Of a DNA stretch of 64,000 nucleotides, positions 10,133 to 20,466 are shown piece after piece; position 1 is the first letter of the stretch; each line of letters begins with the position of its first letter. The stretch is from Parcubacteria group bacterium Gr01-1014_8. GTDB lineage: Bacteria; Patescibacteriota; Minisyncoccia; Phycocordibacterales; UBA2100. The position numbers were made by a program, and so were the translations under genes. The notes beneath the pieces are model-generated. The model was not told the origin of the DNA, made no database searches, and saw only the letters and a list, made by a program, of their open reading frames with translations. Where the stretch lies: the NCBI GenBank assembly GCA_007376385.1, contig VMGC01000001.1:192001-256000 (forward strand), in the 5' to 3' direction.

Positions 10133-11110
10133 CGTGCCAAATACGATAGTCCTTTGACAACTGAAGAACGACACAATTCTTGCTCGTAAGAGCAGGAGAA
10201 AAAGAAAGAATAAGAAATTTTCTGAAAAGAAAATTTCTTTTCGCGCCGTCGCTCGCGGATCATGAGAATAAATTCTCGCGATACCGCTCGCTCGGCGCGA
10301 TCAACAACATTGATTCGGCTATTGTCTTTGGCCGGATCAGTGCAGGAAAAAATGTATTTTTGCGCAACCACTTTTCACAACCACAAGGTTGTAGAAAAGT
10401 GCAGTCCTGTAATAGGGAAAGCAAAAATCAAAAACAATCCGCCTTCGCACACGTTGTGTGCTATGGCGGGACAAAGAAAGTCCCGACACGCCAAAAGGTG
10501 TGACGGGCGCAATGCTTGTCCGTCTTGTAGCGGACAAGCAAAGTAATAAACCAATAACGCGGTTCTCAAATTTCCAAACGGGAATTCTGAGAAAGGGCGT
10601 GCGGCGGATGCCTTGACAGAAGAAGGCGATGAAGGACGCAGTTCGGCGGCGATACGCTTCGGGGAGGTGCCAAGCAACCTTCGATCCGGAGATTTCCGAA
10701 TGGGGAAACCCCATAGAGCAACCCTCTATGACTCATGCTCTAAACAGCATAGAGAGCAGACCTTGGGAAGTGAAACATCTCAGTACCAAGAGGAAAAGAG
10801 ACCAATAGGTATTCCCTTAGTAGCGGCGAGCGAAACGGGAAAAGCACAAACTCAGCCACAAAATCGAAGCGCGATTTATTTCGCGAATCGATTTTGGGGA
10901 TGGGGGTTATAAGGCTACAGCGCTAGCAATAGGTAGAGTAAAAAAATGCTTAGTTAGAGGAAGCGCCTGGGAAGGCGCGCAACACAGGGTAATAGCCCCG
11001 TACTCGAAAACGAAGCATCTCTATGGCTGTAGTTCTTGAGTAACTCGAGACATGAATAGCTCGGGTGAATTTGCCGGGACTAACCGGTAATGCTACATAC
11101 TTCTTCTGAT

Positions 11111-11153
<43 letters not shown>

Positions 11154-12660
11154 GGTGAGGGGAGTGAAATAGACCTGAAACCGCATGCCTACAAGGAGTC
11201 GGAGCGGGCACCACAGTGCTCTTGAAATTTTTTGCAGAATTTTTGCAAAAGATCTTTTCGGGTGCAGTGTGGTGTCCGTCACGGCGTGCCTATTGAAGAA
11301 TGAGCCAACGAGTTAATGCATACAGCTGGCTAAGCCCTTTTCGGGTGGAGCCGTAGCGAAAGCGAGTGTGAATAGCGCGACTATAGTTGTATGTATTAGA
11401 CCCGAAGCCAGGTGAGCTACCCATGAGCAGGCTGAAGTTTATAGAAATATAGATGGAGGGCCGAACCCGTAGATTGTGCAACATCTTGGGATGACTTGTG
11501 GGTTGGAGTGAAAAGCTTATCGAACCTGGTAATAGCTGGTTCTCTCCGAAAGAGCTTTCGGGCTCGCGTCATGGATTACATATGGGGGTAGAGCACTGGA
11601 AGAAGCGGATAGGCCGAAAGGCCACTGCCTCTATCAAACTCCGAATACCATATGCGTACCGTGGCAGTTAGACGATGGGGGCGAAGCTCCATTCGTCAAA
11701 AGGGAAACAGCCCAGACCGCCAGTTAAGGTCCCTAAATCTATGCTCAGTGCATTTCCAAGGAGGTGAAATTTCACAGACAGTGAGGATGTTGGCTTAGAA
11801 GCAGCCACCATTCAAAGAAAGCGTAACAGCTCACTCACTCAGAGATTTCGCGCCACAAATGATCGGGGCTTAAGCATAGTACCGAAACTGCGGATTCAGT
11901 ACGTCTTCGGATGTACTGTCTGGTAGGAGAGCGTTCTCTGTGCGATGAAGGTAAAGGGGTGACCCATGCTGGAGCGCAGGGAAGTGAAAATGTTGGCACG
12001 AGTAACCGCAAGGCAGGTGAGATTCCTGCCCGCCGAAAGAACAAGGTTTCCTTCGCAATGGAGATCAACGAAGGGTTAGTCGGTCCTAAGCCAATGGCGA
12101 ATGCCGCAGGCGATGGATTCATGGTTAATATTCCATGACTCGGAATTGGTGCGATGGAGTGACGGAGTGTTGTACCTCAAGCATATTATGGATTTATGTT
12201 CAGGCCGTGAGGATGCTTTTCAGGAAAATCCGGAGAGCACAGTCCAAGCGGAGTGGAAAAGTGGAGGCCTCGGCCGAAACTGATTTGAGGGAGCACGCTT
12301 CCAAGAAAAACTTCTAAGCTTATAACCAATGACGAACCGTACCGCAAACCGACACAGGTGTTCTGGTCGAATAGACTAAGGCGAACGGGTGAGAGATGCT
12401 CAAGGAACTCGGCAAAAAAGTGGCCGTACGTTAGCAATAAGGCCTGCCCAATACAGTGATGTATGGGGCCGCAGATAATTATTCCCAGGCGACTGTTTAC
12501 CAAAAACACAGCTCCCTGCAAACTCGTAAGAGGAAGTATAGGGGGTGATGCCTGACCAATGCCGGAAGGTCAAGTGTGGTCGGTCTCATATAGCAATATA
12601 TGTTGCTGGCACTACATAAGCCCCGGTCAATGTCGGCGATAACTATAATCGTCCTAAGGT

Positions 12661-13360
12661 TTCCCGCTTAAGAAATTGAGCGGGGAAGGACTGGGACGAT
12701 CATAGAATCGAATAAACAGCGAAAGAAAATACCAAAGCTGCCTCTCTGTGCAGTAATGCACAAGTGGTCCTAGAAACATGGCTATATGCTGGAAACCCTA
12801 TGGTATAATTATTCCATAGATGAGTAATCAGCAGGAAAGGCCAGAGATGAAAGGGTGGATCGTCGGTTTTACCGACGGCGAAGGATGCTTTTCAATAAGC
12901 ATGTTTCGCAACAAAACCACCAAGTTTGGTTGGCAAGTATTCCCAGAGTTTGTAATAACTCAGGGAAAGAAAAGTTTGCCAGCACTCGAAACTTTCCAAA
13001 ACTTCTTTAAGTGCGGAAAGATATACGAGAACGCTAGGTACGATAATCATCGTGAATATCTGTATCGATACTGTGTACGATCAATTTCGGATTTGCGGGA
13101 GAAAATAATCCCGTTTTTTCGAAAAAACAAATTGTATACAGCCAAACAAAAAGATTTCGAACTGTTTGCAGATGTCATAGAAAAGGTGTATCGAAAAGAA
13201 CATCTTTTAGAATCGGGATTGCGAGCGATAGCGCGCAAGATCGAACAGATGAATCGCAAGAAGAAATCAACATTTCTGGAATCCTCAGAGACTACACGCC
13301 ATGCCCCTAAATCTAAATAAGATCGGGTGAAGATATAGTCCAAAGGTAATAGGAACCTAG
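12661..13360 (+). mobile_element. group I-type intron in 23S at E. coli L1917-equivalent site, carrying a LAGLIDADG homing endonuclease gene
   Basis: Inserted between GGTCCTAAGGT and AGCGAAATTCCT. Contains ORF 12820..13320. Confidence 0.7.
12820..13320 (+). CDS. LAGLIDADG homing endonuclease (intron-encoded)
   Basis: 166 aa; motif GWIVGFTDGEGCFSI near N-terminus. Confidence 0.85.
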   Translation: MSNQQERPEMKGWIVGFTDGEGCFSISMFRNKTTKFGWQVFPEFVITQGKKSLPALETFQNFFKCGKIYENARYDNHREYLYRYCVRSISDLREKIIPFFRKNKLYTAKQKDFELFADVIEKVYRKEHLLESGLRAIARKIEQMNRKKKSTFLESSETTRHAPKSK

Positions 13361-13372
13361 AGCGAAATTCCT

Positions 13373-14142
13373 AGAAGACTGGGACTATCAGTCAAAAACT
13401 ACTGATAGCAAATTCTGCTATATGCTGGAAACTCCGAGTATCCAACAGTACCCTGACGAAATGGAAGGGTAAAAATCTGTTGGTGCGGACAATCAGCAGG
13501 GAAGTCGTAATTGACCCCTCAACGACTACACGCAGAACTCCACGAAGCTCATCAATCCGATGCTGTTTCGGGAGGTGATATAGTCTGAACTGCATGGCGA
13601 CATGCAGAGTTTGGCTCGCGCCAAACCGCTTCAAACAAATTGAAGTCATTATTCTCACTAGAGAATAGTAAGTAACAGAATGTGTCTGGTAACTGGATTG
13701 CCAGTTAGTACAGCGATGTACTACAAAAGATCCGCCTGTCAGCAATGACGGTAGTAATTCGGCTTATAACGGTGGAATCCTACTCGGAGCACTTTAGACG
13801 AGGTGCGTTGATGAAAGGATAATACCGTGGGAAGTCTTGTGAGTTTCGTGGAGGGCAACCTCCGTGCGAGAGCGCCTCGCCCGGTTGAGGGCGGTCGGTC
13901 GGCATTGGTGCTGACTGTCTGATCTGGAGCCTCTGTCCAGGCTCTCGCATCAATCTTCTCATCATGGTGATGGGAACTTCCACGAAACTCGCAATGACCC
14001 CGTAACGACTTAGCGCGAAAGCGCTGGAAGTGTCTCAAAAACACTTAACACGCCGACTCTGCAATGCGCAGAAGAAGATATAGTCTAATGCCCGAAGTAA
14101 TTCGGGGAGAGTGTCATATTGCGCGAAATATGACGATCAAAC
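13373..14142 (+). mobile_element. second intron-like insertion in 23S (L1931-equivalent), no intact ORF
   Basis: A 12-nt exon AGCGAAATTCCT separates it from intron 1; exon resumes near TGAAGTTCAGACGCGCACGAATGG. Only short or antisense ORFs inside. Boundaries approximate. Confidence 0.45.
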
Positions 14143-14700
14143 TCAAATGAAGTTCAGACGCGCACGAATGGTATAACGACTTGGGAACTGTCTCGAGCAT
14201 TTGCCCGGTGAAAATACAAGGGCGGTGAAGATGCCGCCTTCCTGCAGCTAGACGAAAAGACCCCAGAAGCTTTACTGTAATTTGGTATTGAGGATACGAT
14301 TTTTCCGCGTAGCGTAAGTGGGAGGCTTTGAAGCAAGGATCTCGGTTCTTGTGGAGCCGTCAATGCAACACCACTCCTAAAAATTGTATTTTCTAACTTC
14401 CATAGCAAAACTGTGGAAAGACAGTACCTGATGGACAGTTTCGGTGGGGCGCTGTCCTCCTAAAAAGTAACGGAGGAGCCTATTAAGGTCACCTAGGTGC
14501 GAATGGAAACCGTACCGGTAGTGCAATGGCAAAAGGTGGCTTGACTGCGAGTCGTACGTGACAAGCAGGCGCGAAAGCGGAGCATAATGAACCGATGGTT
14601 CGCATTAGATGCGACCAAAGATTAACGGATAAAAGTTACTCTGGGGATAACAGGCTGGTTTCGCCTAAGAGTCCAAATCGACGGCGAAGTTCGGCACCTT

Positions 14701-15552
14701 AACAAATCGGGGTGCGACGTAAGCAATTACGTAGCTTGGCTCACACATGAGACCAAGAACCAACATGTGTGCAGTTCAAATCGTGGCTTATAACGGTGAA
14801 CTCCATGGTATTATAGAACAATCGTTCTATAGTATATGGACAATACCGTGGGAAGTTTAACTCAATTACAGCGATCAATAATTATCGGTAGTCTCTTAGG
14901 TGATGGCTACTTACGGATCGTACCGCGCAGATACAATGCGTTTCTCGAGATCAATCATTCGTATTCACAAAAAGAATATGTTGATTGGACATTCGAGATG
15001 CTCAAATCGATCTGTAGAAGCGGTCCGAAGATGCGAAACGGAAATGGTGTGCGAATTGCATACCGTTTTACGACTCGTCAAATGCCGGAAATCACCGAAT
15101 TGTTCAAAGTGTTTTATGCCAATGGCAAGAAATAAATTTCGAACAATTTAAGATTAGATCCGATAATGCTTGCTGTATGGTTCATGGATGATGGAAGTAG
15201 GTGTAGCGTTGAGAACGTGTACCTTAATACTCAGCAGTTTAATTTCGATGATCAAGAAAAATGCAGGGCAATGCTCATGCGGCTTGGTATCGAAACAACT
15301 CTCAATAAGGACAAGAAGTATTTGAGAGTGAGGATAAAAACATCCTCAATCCCAAAACTTCATAAAATTATCTCACCGCACATCATTCCATCCATGAAAT
15401 ATAAATTGGGTTATAACCCCGTAGAGACTCGCTTCTTCGGAAGCGGAGTTACTGACTCTGTAATGAGCAGTAGCTAACACGCCACCTCCTTTCAATAGAA
15501 AGGATGATGATATAGTCCGATCCTTCCAGTAATGGAAGAAAAAATGACATTG
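14701..15552 (+). mobile_element. third intron-like insertion in 23S (near L2500-equivalent, GGCACCT|CGATGTCGGCTC) with split LAGLIDADG gene
   Basis: Exon resumes at CGATGTCGGCTCATC (~15553). Contains ORFs 14836..15135 and 15166..15477. Confidence 0.7.
14836..15477 (+). pseudogene. double-motif LAGLIDADG homing endonuclease interrupted by an in-frame TAA (two ORFs: 14836..15135 and 15166..15477)
   Basis: First half carries IIGSLLGDGYL; second half carries VWFMDDGS. Spacing fits a single ~210 aa enzyme. Stop codon at 15136-15138. Confidence 0.6.
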
Positions 15553-15786
15553 CGATGTCGGCTCATCTTAGCGCGGGGCTGGAGAAGGTCCCAAGCGTAT
15601 GGCTGTTCGCCATTTAAAAAGGTACGTGAGCTGGGTTCAAACCGTCGTGAGACAGGTTGGTCTTAATCTGCTGTAGGCGTTGATTCTTGAGGAGACTCAT
15701 TTTTAGTACGAGAGGACCGAAATGAACTGACCTCTGGTCTGGGGGCTGTAGTACCAACTGCATCGCCCCGTAGCTATGTCGGGATT

Positions 15787-15819
<33 letters not shown>

Positions 15820-16004
15820 GACTCCAAGATTAGGAATCGTTATAGACTCGTGGGAGATGACCACGTTGATAGGCACCAGGTGGAAGCGCAGTAATGCGTT
15901 GAGCCGAGGTGTACTAATTAGTCGACAGAATTCTCGAAAGGAATTTTGGGAGTCGCGATACTGGTTTATTGCGACGAGCGAGGACGAAGCGAAAATTTAT
16001 TGGC

Positions 16005-16094
16005 GACGTAGGGCGAGAGAAGCGAAAATGTACTCATTTTCATTTCCGAGCCGAGGAGCCAAAATAGGGTCGAATACCCTTTATTTTCATTTCG
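16005..16094. repeat. ~92 nt dispersed repeat, copy A (between 23S and 5S)
   Basis: ttattggcgacgtagggcgagagaagcgaaaatgtactcattttcatttccgagccgaggagcc...ctttattttcat; ~88% identical to 29877..29970. Confidence 0.8.
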
Positions 16095-16260
16095 TCCGAG
16101 CGAAGGCGCAACAAAGGGTTACTACCCTTTATTGCGAAGTAACAAAACGCATTCTTTCTTTCTGTGGTTCGCCGAAGCTCGCACAAGCGAGCGTAGGAGA
16201 CTGCATTGTGTCGTTCTTCGGTTGCCGAAGGCAAAGTTCATTGCAATTGAAGTTTTTGTT

Positions 16261-16363
16261 CTGGTGATTTATCGCTGGGGTCACACCTGTTCTCATTCCG
16301 AACACAGTAGTTAAGCCCAGTTGAGGCGATGGTAGTCGCAAGGCGAGAGTAGCTAGTCGCCAG
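16261..16363 (+). rRNA. rrf: 5S ribosomal RNA
   Basis: ctggtg...CCGAACACAGTAGTTAAGCCC...GAGAGTAGCTAGTCGCCAG with terminal helix pairing. Confidence 0.85.
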
Positions 16364-16379
16364 AACAAAGATTTCAAAG

Positions 16380-16410
16380 CAACAAAAACTCCCACTCCAG
16401 GAGTTTTTTG
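16380..16410 (+). terminator. terminator after 5S (aaaaactcccactccaggagttttttgtt)
   Basis: Stem actcc/ggagt plus T6. Confidence 0.55.
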
Positions 16411-16808
16411 TTGTGATACAGTATTTTCGTGACCGACCGAATGCAAAATCAACCTCAAATGCCGAAGGACGGGGAAGCGTTGAAAGATGTGCAGTGCGGT
16501 TGCTGCGGGGAGCTTGGTAATGTAACCGCAGCAATAGTGCCGCCTAAAAAACGCTGGAGAAGAGTCTAAGTATAAATTTGAGTGCGATCCGAGCAGTACT
16601 AACGATAAGGGCAAACAGGGTTGCGGCATGTCCGTTACGATTTCAGTCAAATAACTTTCACAGAGAAAAGTACCTTTGGACGCATATGTTGGCGCTGAAA
16701 TGGAACTCGCGTATAAAAAAGACCTAGGCTCGCTGCACCATCCGAAGTAAACATTAGATTCGGCGCGTTATACTTGCATTAGTCTCGCGGTACGCGGGGC
16801 AATCTATC

Positions 16809-19190
16809 ATGCTGAAACAAGATGAGCATTGGTGGTCGCCGGGGGTGCGTAAGCGGATCATGGACGGTCCCGCCGCTGATTCGAAAATTGTGGACAGCGG
16901 CGTAGGGTCCAAAACGCCCGAGGGAAGCGGATCGTGGTCCGAAACTGCGCAGCAAATTCTCGACTCTTTGTTCGCTACTAAAAACAGCAGGAGTTTCGAG
17001 GAATATCTCGAACGAAACTTCCTTACAGAACCTCGTATCTCCGACAAAGTGACATTACAATCACTAGCATATGCCCGCGACAAGCTGGCGGCGTTGGGTA
17101 GCGACCGCCGTAACAGAGAAGACGGCACAGATGCAGAACTTATTCAAAATGCGCATGTCGCACTCGTCCGAGCAATTATAAAGGTGCGTGTCGCGCAGGA
17201 ATCCACACCCAAATCGAATAAAGAACGGGAGCCGTATAAAGACCCGACTATTGTCACAGCAGCAGAAGTCCAACAATCGGCGATAGACACGCAGCGAGAC
17301 TTGCATATTCGCGCCGAACAGACCGAGCATGAAATTCGGGTTCTTCTGGATAAGTTATTTCACGCCAGTATTCTTGGGAAAAAAGAAAGACAATCAGTCG
17401 TAGATGAGATTGAAACCTACGTAAAAGAAGCCAAAGAGAGTATCGATGAGAGGCGCTATGCGTATCTGCAGATGTCGCTCGCTTCAGTTTGGCACTCGCT
17501 TCAGGATATTGAGAGAAAAAAAGAGCCAAGCGCTGAACTACTTGCAGAACTATCGAAACGCGCCTACGACGAACTCTATGGCAAGTTACGGGAGACTGCG
17601 CGCGCGCTTTTTAATGTTGAGCTTGATTCGTACGCACTTTCTGACGAGCGGGATGTTATTTCTGTTTTCACGAATACAAGCCACACATCTCGATTGCATG
17701 AGTTGGGTTTGACAGCGGAAGAAATTGACTCGTTCCGCATCGCGGCGGGGTTTCTCCAAAAACACCAATCAGATTATCGGTTGGTCGGCTCATCGGCATT
17801 TGCCACGAAGCTATTTCTAGGTTCGTTCAATAAAGTTACGTGCAGAAATCATATAGAAAATGTCACCGTTGCGCTTGATAAAGCACTTGTGCGTCGAATG
17901 AGAGATGAGCTCGTTCAATTACTTCCCGAGCTTTGGAATGCGGGGGTATATAAGTACACACCTGAAGTCATCATAGATAAAATGATGGAAAAAGCCGACG
18001 CACAGTATCAAGCGGGATTTCGGAATAGTTATTCAAGATTGCGCCCAAAACTGGAAGAAGCATTCCGCGATGCAGAAGAGAGACTTCGAGCAAGTGGCGT
18101 TGAAGCGACGGCTCGCAAAGTGGAATTTAACGAGGAAGAATGGGCACTCGATGCGATATTGAGCGAGAATCGGGCACGGCTTGAATATCTTGAATTCATC
18201 AATCCATCGAACGGTGCCGCAGAAAAAGCGAAATTCTTTGATGCGTTGAAAAGAGGCGAAGAATATAATCCGCAATTAGAATACGCGGTGAAGGAATCTC
18301 AGGAGCAAGCACTCAAGCTTGCGTCGCATACAATAGAAAGAGCAGGAAGAATGGTGAAAACGGGTCCAAACGTCGATATATTCGTTCGGGAAATAGTAGT
18401 GCAGGAGCGTACACTTGAGTTTATACGAGGCATTGGCGCGGAACACTGGTCGCAGCGTCGTGCCGAACGACTGTTCGGTCGCATCGACAGATTTCTTCTC
18501 GATGACACAGTTGCCGAGCTCAAAGAAATGCCAAGCGGTTTTTTTGAGAACGGAGGAGAGAATCTTTCGAAAGACGAGGTTAGAACGCAGGCAATGAAGG
18601 CTTTGAAAGATGTTGGCGCTTCAGATTGGTCATTCGACTTTCATGCGCAAGAAAATGTGCCATCTGTCGTGCTCGCGAGCAGGAAGCAAGTCTTTTTCCA
18701 GAAACGCGAAGTGTATCCGGAACAATTCGTGAACATTCTCATAGCGCATGAAATTTACGGCCATGTTGCACAAGATAATAATGCTTTGAAGCACGGAGTC
18801 GGACTTCTTCAGAGCGGTCTCGGCAATTACGAGCCACTGATGGAGGGTTTTGCGCTTGATCAGGAACGGAAAGTAAATCCTCTCACGGAACTTCGCATTA
18901 AGTTCTACTACGCTGCAGTCGCGCATGCAGCTAAACACTCCTTGCATGATACGTTCCAGTATCTCAAACGATGGCTTCCCGATGAGGATGCTTATGCACT
19001 GGCGTCACGGGTGAAGCGGGGGATGCGGGACACGAGTAAGCCCGGTACGTGGCTTAAGGACAAGATATATTTGGAGGGACTAACAGAACTGGATCATATG
19101 TCGGCTGAAGATCAGGCGCTTGTGAGGCACGGCAAGTTTGAAGGAGCTCTGACGGCGAACGTTCGTCGGCTCGTTTCCAATCGGCTCTAG
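16809..19190 (+). CDS. large protein with C-terminal DUF1704/QEGLA/MATCAP-like metallocarboxypeptidase domain (HExxxH ... EGxA)
   Basis: 793 aa. IAHEIYGHVAQ (HExxxH, nt 18748-18765) followed ~25 aa later by PLMEGFALDQE (QEGLA-type motif). N-terminal ~550 aa is helical, charged and of unknown function. Confidence 0.5.
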   Translation: MLKQDEHWWSPGVRKRIMDGPAADSKIVDSGVGSKTPEGSGSWSETAQQILDSLFATKNSRSFEEYLERNFLTEPRISDKVTLQSLAYARDKLAALGSDRRNREDGTDAELIQNAHVALVRAIIKVRVAQESTPKSNKEREPYKDPTIVTAAEVQQSAIDTQRDLHIRAEQTEHEIRVLLDKLFHASILGKKERQSVVDEIETYVKEAKESIDERRYAYLQMSLASVWHSLQDIERKKEPSAELLAELSKRAYDELYGKLRETARALFNVELDSYALSDERDVISVFTNTSHTSRLHELGLTAEEIDSFRIAAGFLQKHQSDYRLVGSSAFATKLFLGSFNKVTCRNHIENVTVALDKALVRRMRDELVQLLPELWNAGVYKYTPEVIIDKMMEKADAQYQAGFRNSYSRLRPKLEEAFRDAEERLRASGVEATARKVEFNEEEWALDAILSENRARLEYLEFINPSNGAAEKAKFFDALKRGEEYNPQLEYAVKESQEQALKLASHTIERAGRMVKTGPNVDIFVREIVVQERTLEFIRGIGAEHWSQRRAERLFGRIDRFLLDDTVAELKEMPSGFFENGGENLSKDEVRTQAMKALKDVGASDWSFDFHAQENVPSVVLASRKQVFFQKREVYPEQFVNILIAHEIYGHVAQDNNALKHGVGLLQSGLGNYEPLMEGFALDQERKVNPLTELRIKFYYAAVAHAAKHSLHDTFQYLKRWLPDEDAYALASRVKRGMRDTSKPGTWLKDKIYLEGLTELDHMSAEDQALVRHGKFEGALTANVRRLVSNRL

Positions 19191-20272
19191 CCCTTCTTAT
19201 CAGGAGTACGGTCGGGCACGATAGTCACAACTGCCGGTATGAGGCCGCCACTTTGTGAGATGTTGAGCTTTTCACCGGGCAGGTCGCGGCAAGTCCTCGA
19301 CATAAAAAATATGTTGTATTTTCCCGAGTGCTTGTCTTTCATGAGATACATGTCAAGGCCGTACTTGTACGTTACGCCCTTGAAATCAAATGTTGCAATA
19401 TCAATGAATTCTTGCAGTGCATACACTACGCCCCCCGGGTTTTTTTCTTTGTCCGGCACGGGAACTTGTTGGCCGGGAAAATACACATCGTCGCCCGCAA
19501 GGCCAACACTGGCTTTACATACCCAGCCTTCAGGGACGACAAAAGTCTCGCCGGGCACGATGACTTTCTTCTGCCCTTTGGGAAGAATTGGTGATTCGAT
19601 ATCCGTAAGTTGTGATTTGTCGCCTGCACGTACTGTGCCCTGTTTATTGACCACGTCCGCCAAAGCCTCTCGTATTAAATGGTGAGAATCGTTCAATTTC
19701 TGCAACTCGGCATCCAGTGTGAATCGTAGTGCCTTATTCATATCTATGCCGGCATCTACTGCTGTCTTGATGTTCTCAAGATCGGCAGGTACTTGTGTGA
19801 ATTTCCCTCCCCACATGTGATCACTAGCTATACGAGCTTCTGCCTCGCCGACTCTCTGGACTCCTGTGTTCTCATTCGACATTACCCATGTCGGAGTCGT
19901 CATATCTTCCATGTTTTGTCCTATCGTGTCGAACGTTTGCATTTCTCCGTATGCTGCGTGTGCAATTGCGTTGAACATAACGCCGCCGGGGATCTGAGCA
20001 TTTATTTCTATGAGACGCATATCCCCGTTCTTGGTCGGTGCGAGGTCAACCCGCATAAATTCCGGTGTATTGAGCAGCCCTGCTTTCTTTGAAACCGTTT
20101 CGACAACTCGTATCGTTTCATCGACAACTCGTCTGGGAAGTTCAACATACATCGGGGGGAAAGTCGGGAATACTTTCTCGCCAATCCTTACGTAGTTATG
20201 TAACAAATCCGGCATCTCGGGCTGTCTTTCAGGATCTGGGTGTCTGACATCTTTCGGCCGCAATTCACTCAT
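19187..20272 (-). CDS. ATP-grasp-like amidoligase (motif near N-terminus; possibly permuted or atypical)
   Basis: 361 aa; MRVDLAPTKNGDMRLIEINAQIPGG (nt ~19985-20060) matches the ATP-grasp D/E-x-N Mg-binding strand. Its 3' end overlaps the DUF1704 gene by 4 nt (convergent). Confidence 0.45.
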   Translation of the reverse strand: MSELRPKDVRHPDPERQPEMPDLLHNYVRIGEKVFPTFPPMYVELPRRVVDETIRVVETVSKKAGLLNTPEFMRVDLAPTKNGDMRLIEINAQIPGGVMFNAIAHAAYGEMQTFDTIGQNMEDMTTPTWVMSNENTGVQRVGEAEARIASDHMWGGKFTQVPADLENIKTAVDAGIDMNKALRFTLDAELQKLNDSHHLIREALADVVNKQGTVRAGDKSQLTDIESPILPKGQKKVIVPGETFVVPEGWVCKASVGLAGDDVYFPGQQVPVPDKEKNPGGVVYALQEFIDIATFDFKGVTYKYGLDMYLMKDKHSGKYNIFFMSRTCRDLPGEKLNISQSGGLIPAVVTIVPDRTPDKKG

Positions 20273-20442
20273 AGCGGAATAATATCACAGCCCGTTTTGC
20301 GCTTGTCTTGCACAGCTAAATTGCAAATGTTAGCGTGTCCGAATGCATCCAAACGGACTGCAGAACATCATTTCGATTATTACTCCCGAGGAAGCGGGGG
20401 AATTTTCGATTGTGTAGGAAGTAGGTAAACCAAAACAATCAG

Positions 20443-20466
20443 AAGCCCCCGCAAGGGGCTTTTTTG
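20443..20466 (+). terminator. hairpin plus T-run (agcccccgcaaggggcttttttg)
   Basis: GCCCC/GGGGC stem with T6, lying upstream of the minus-strand ATP-grasp gene. Confidence 0.5.
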
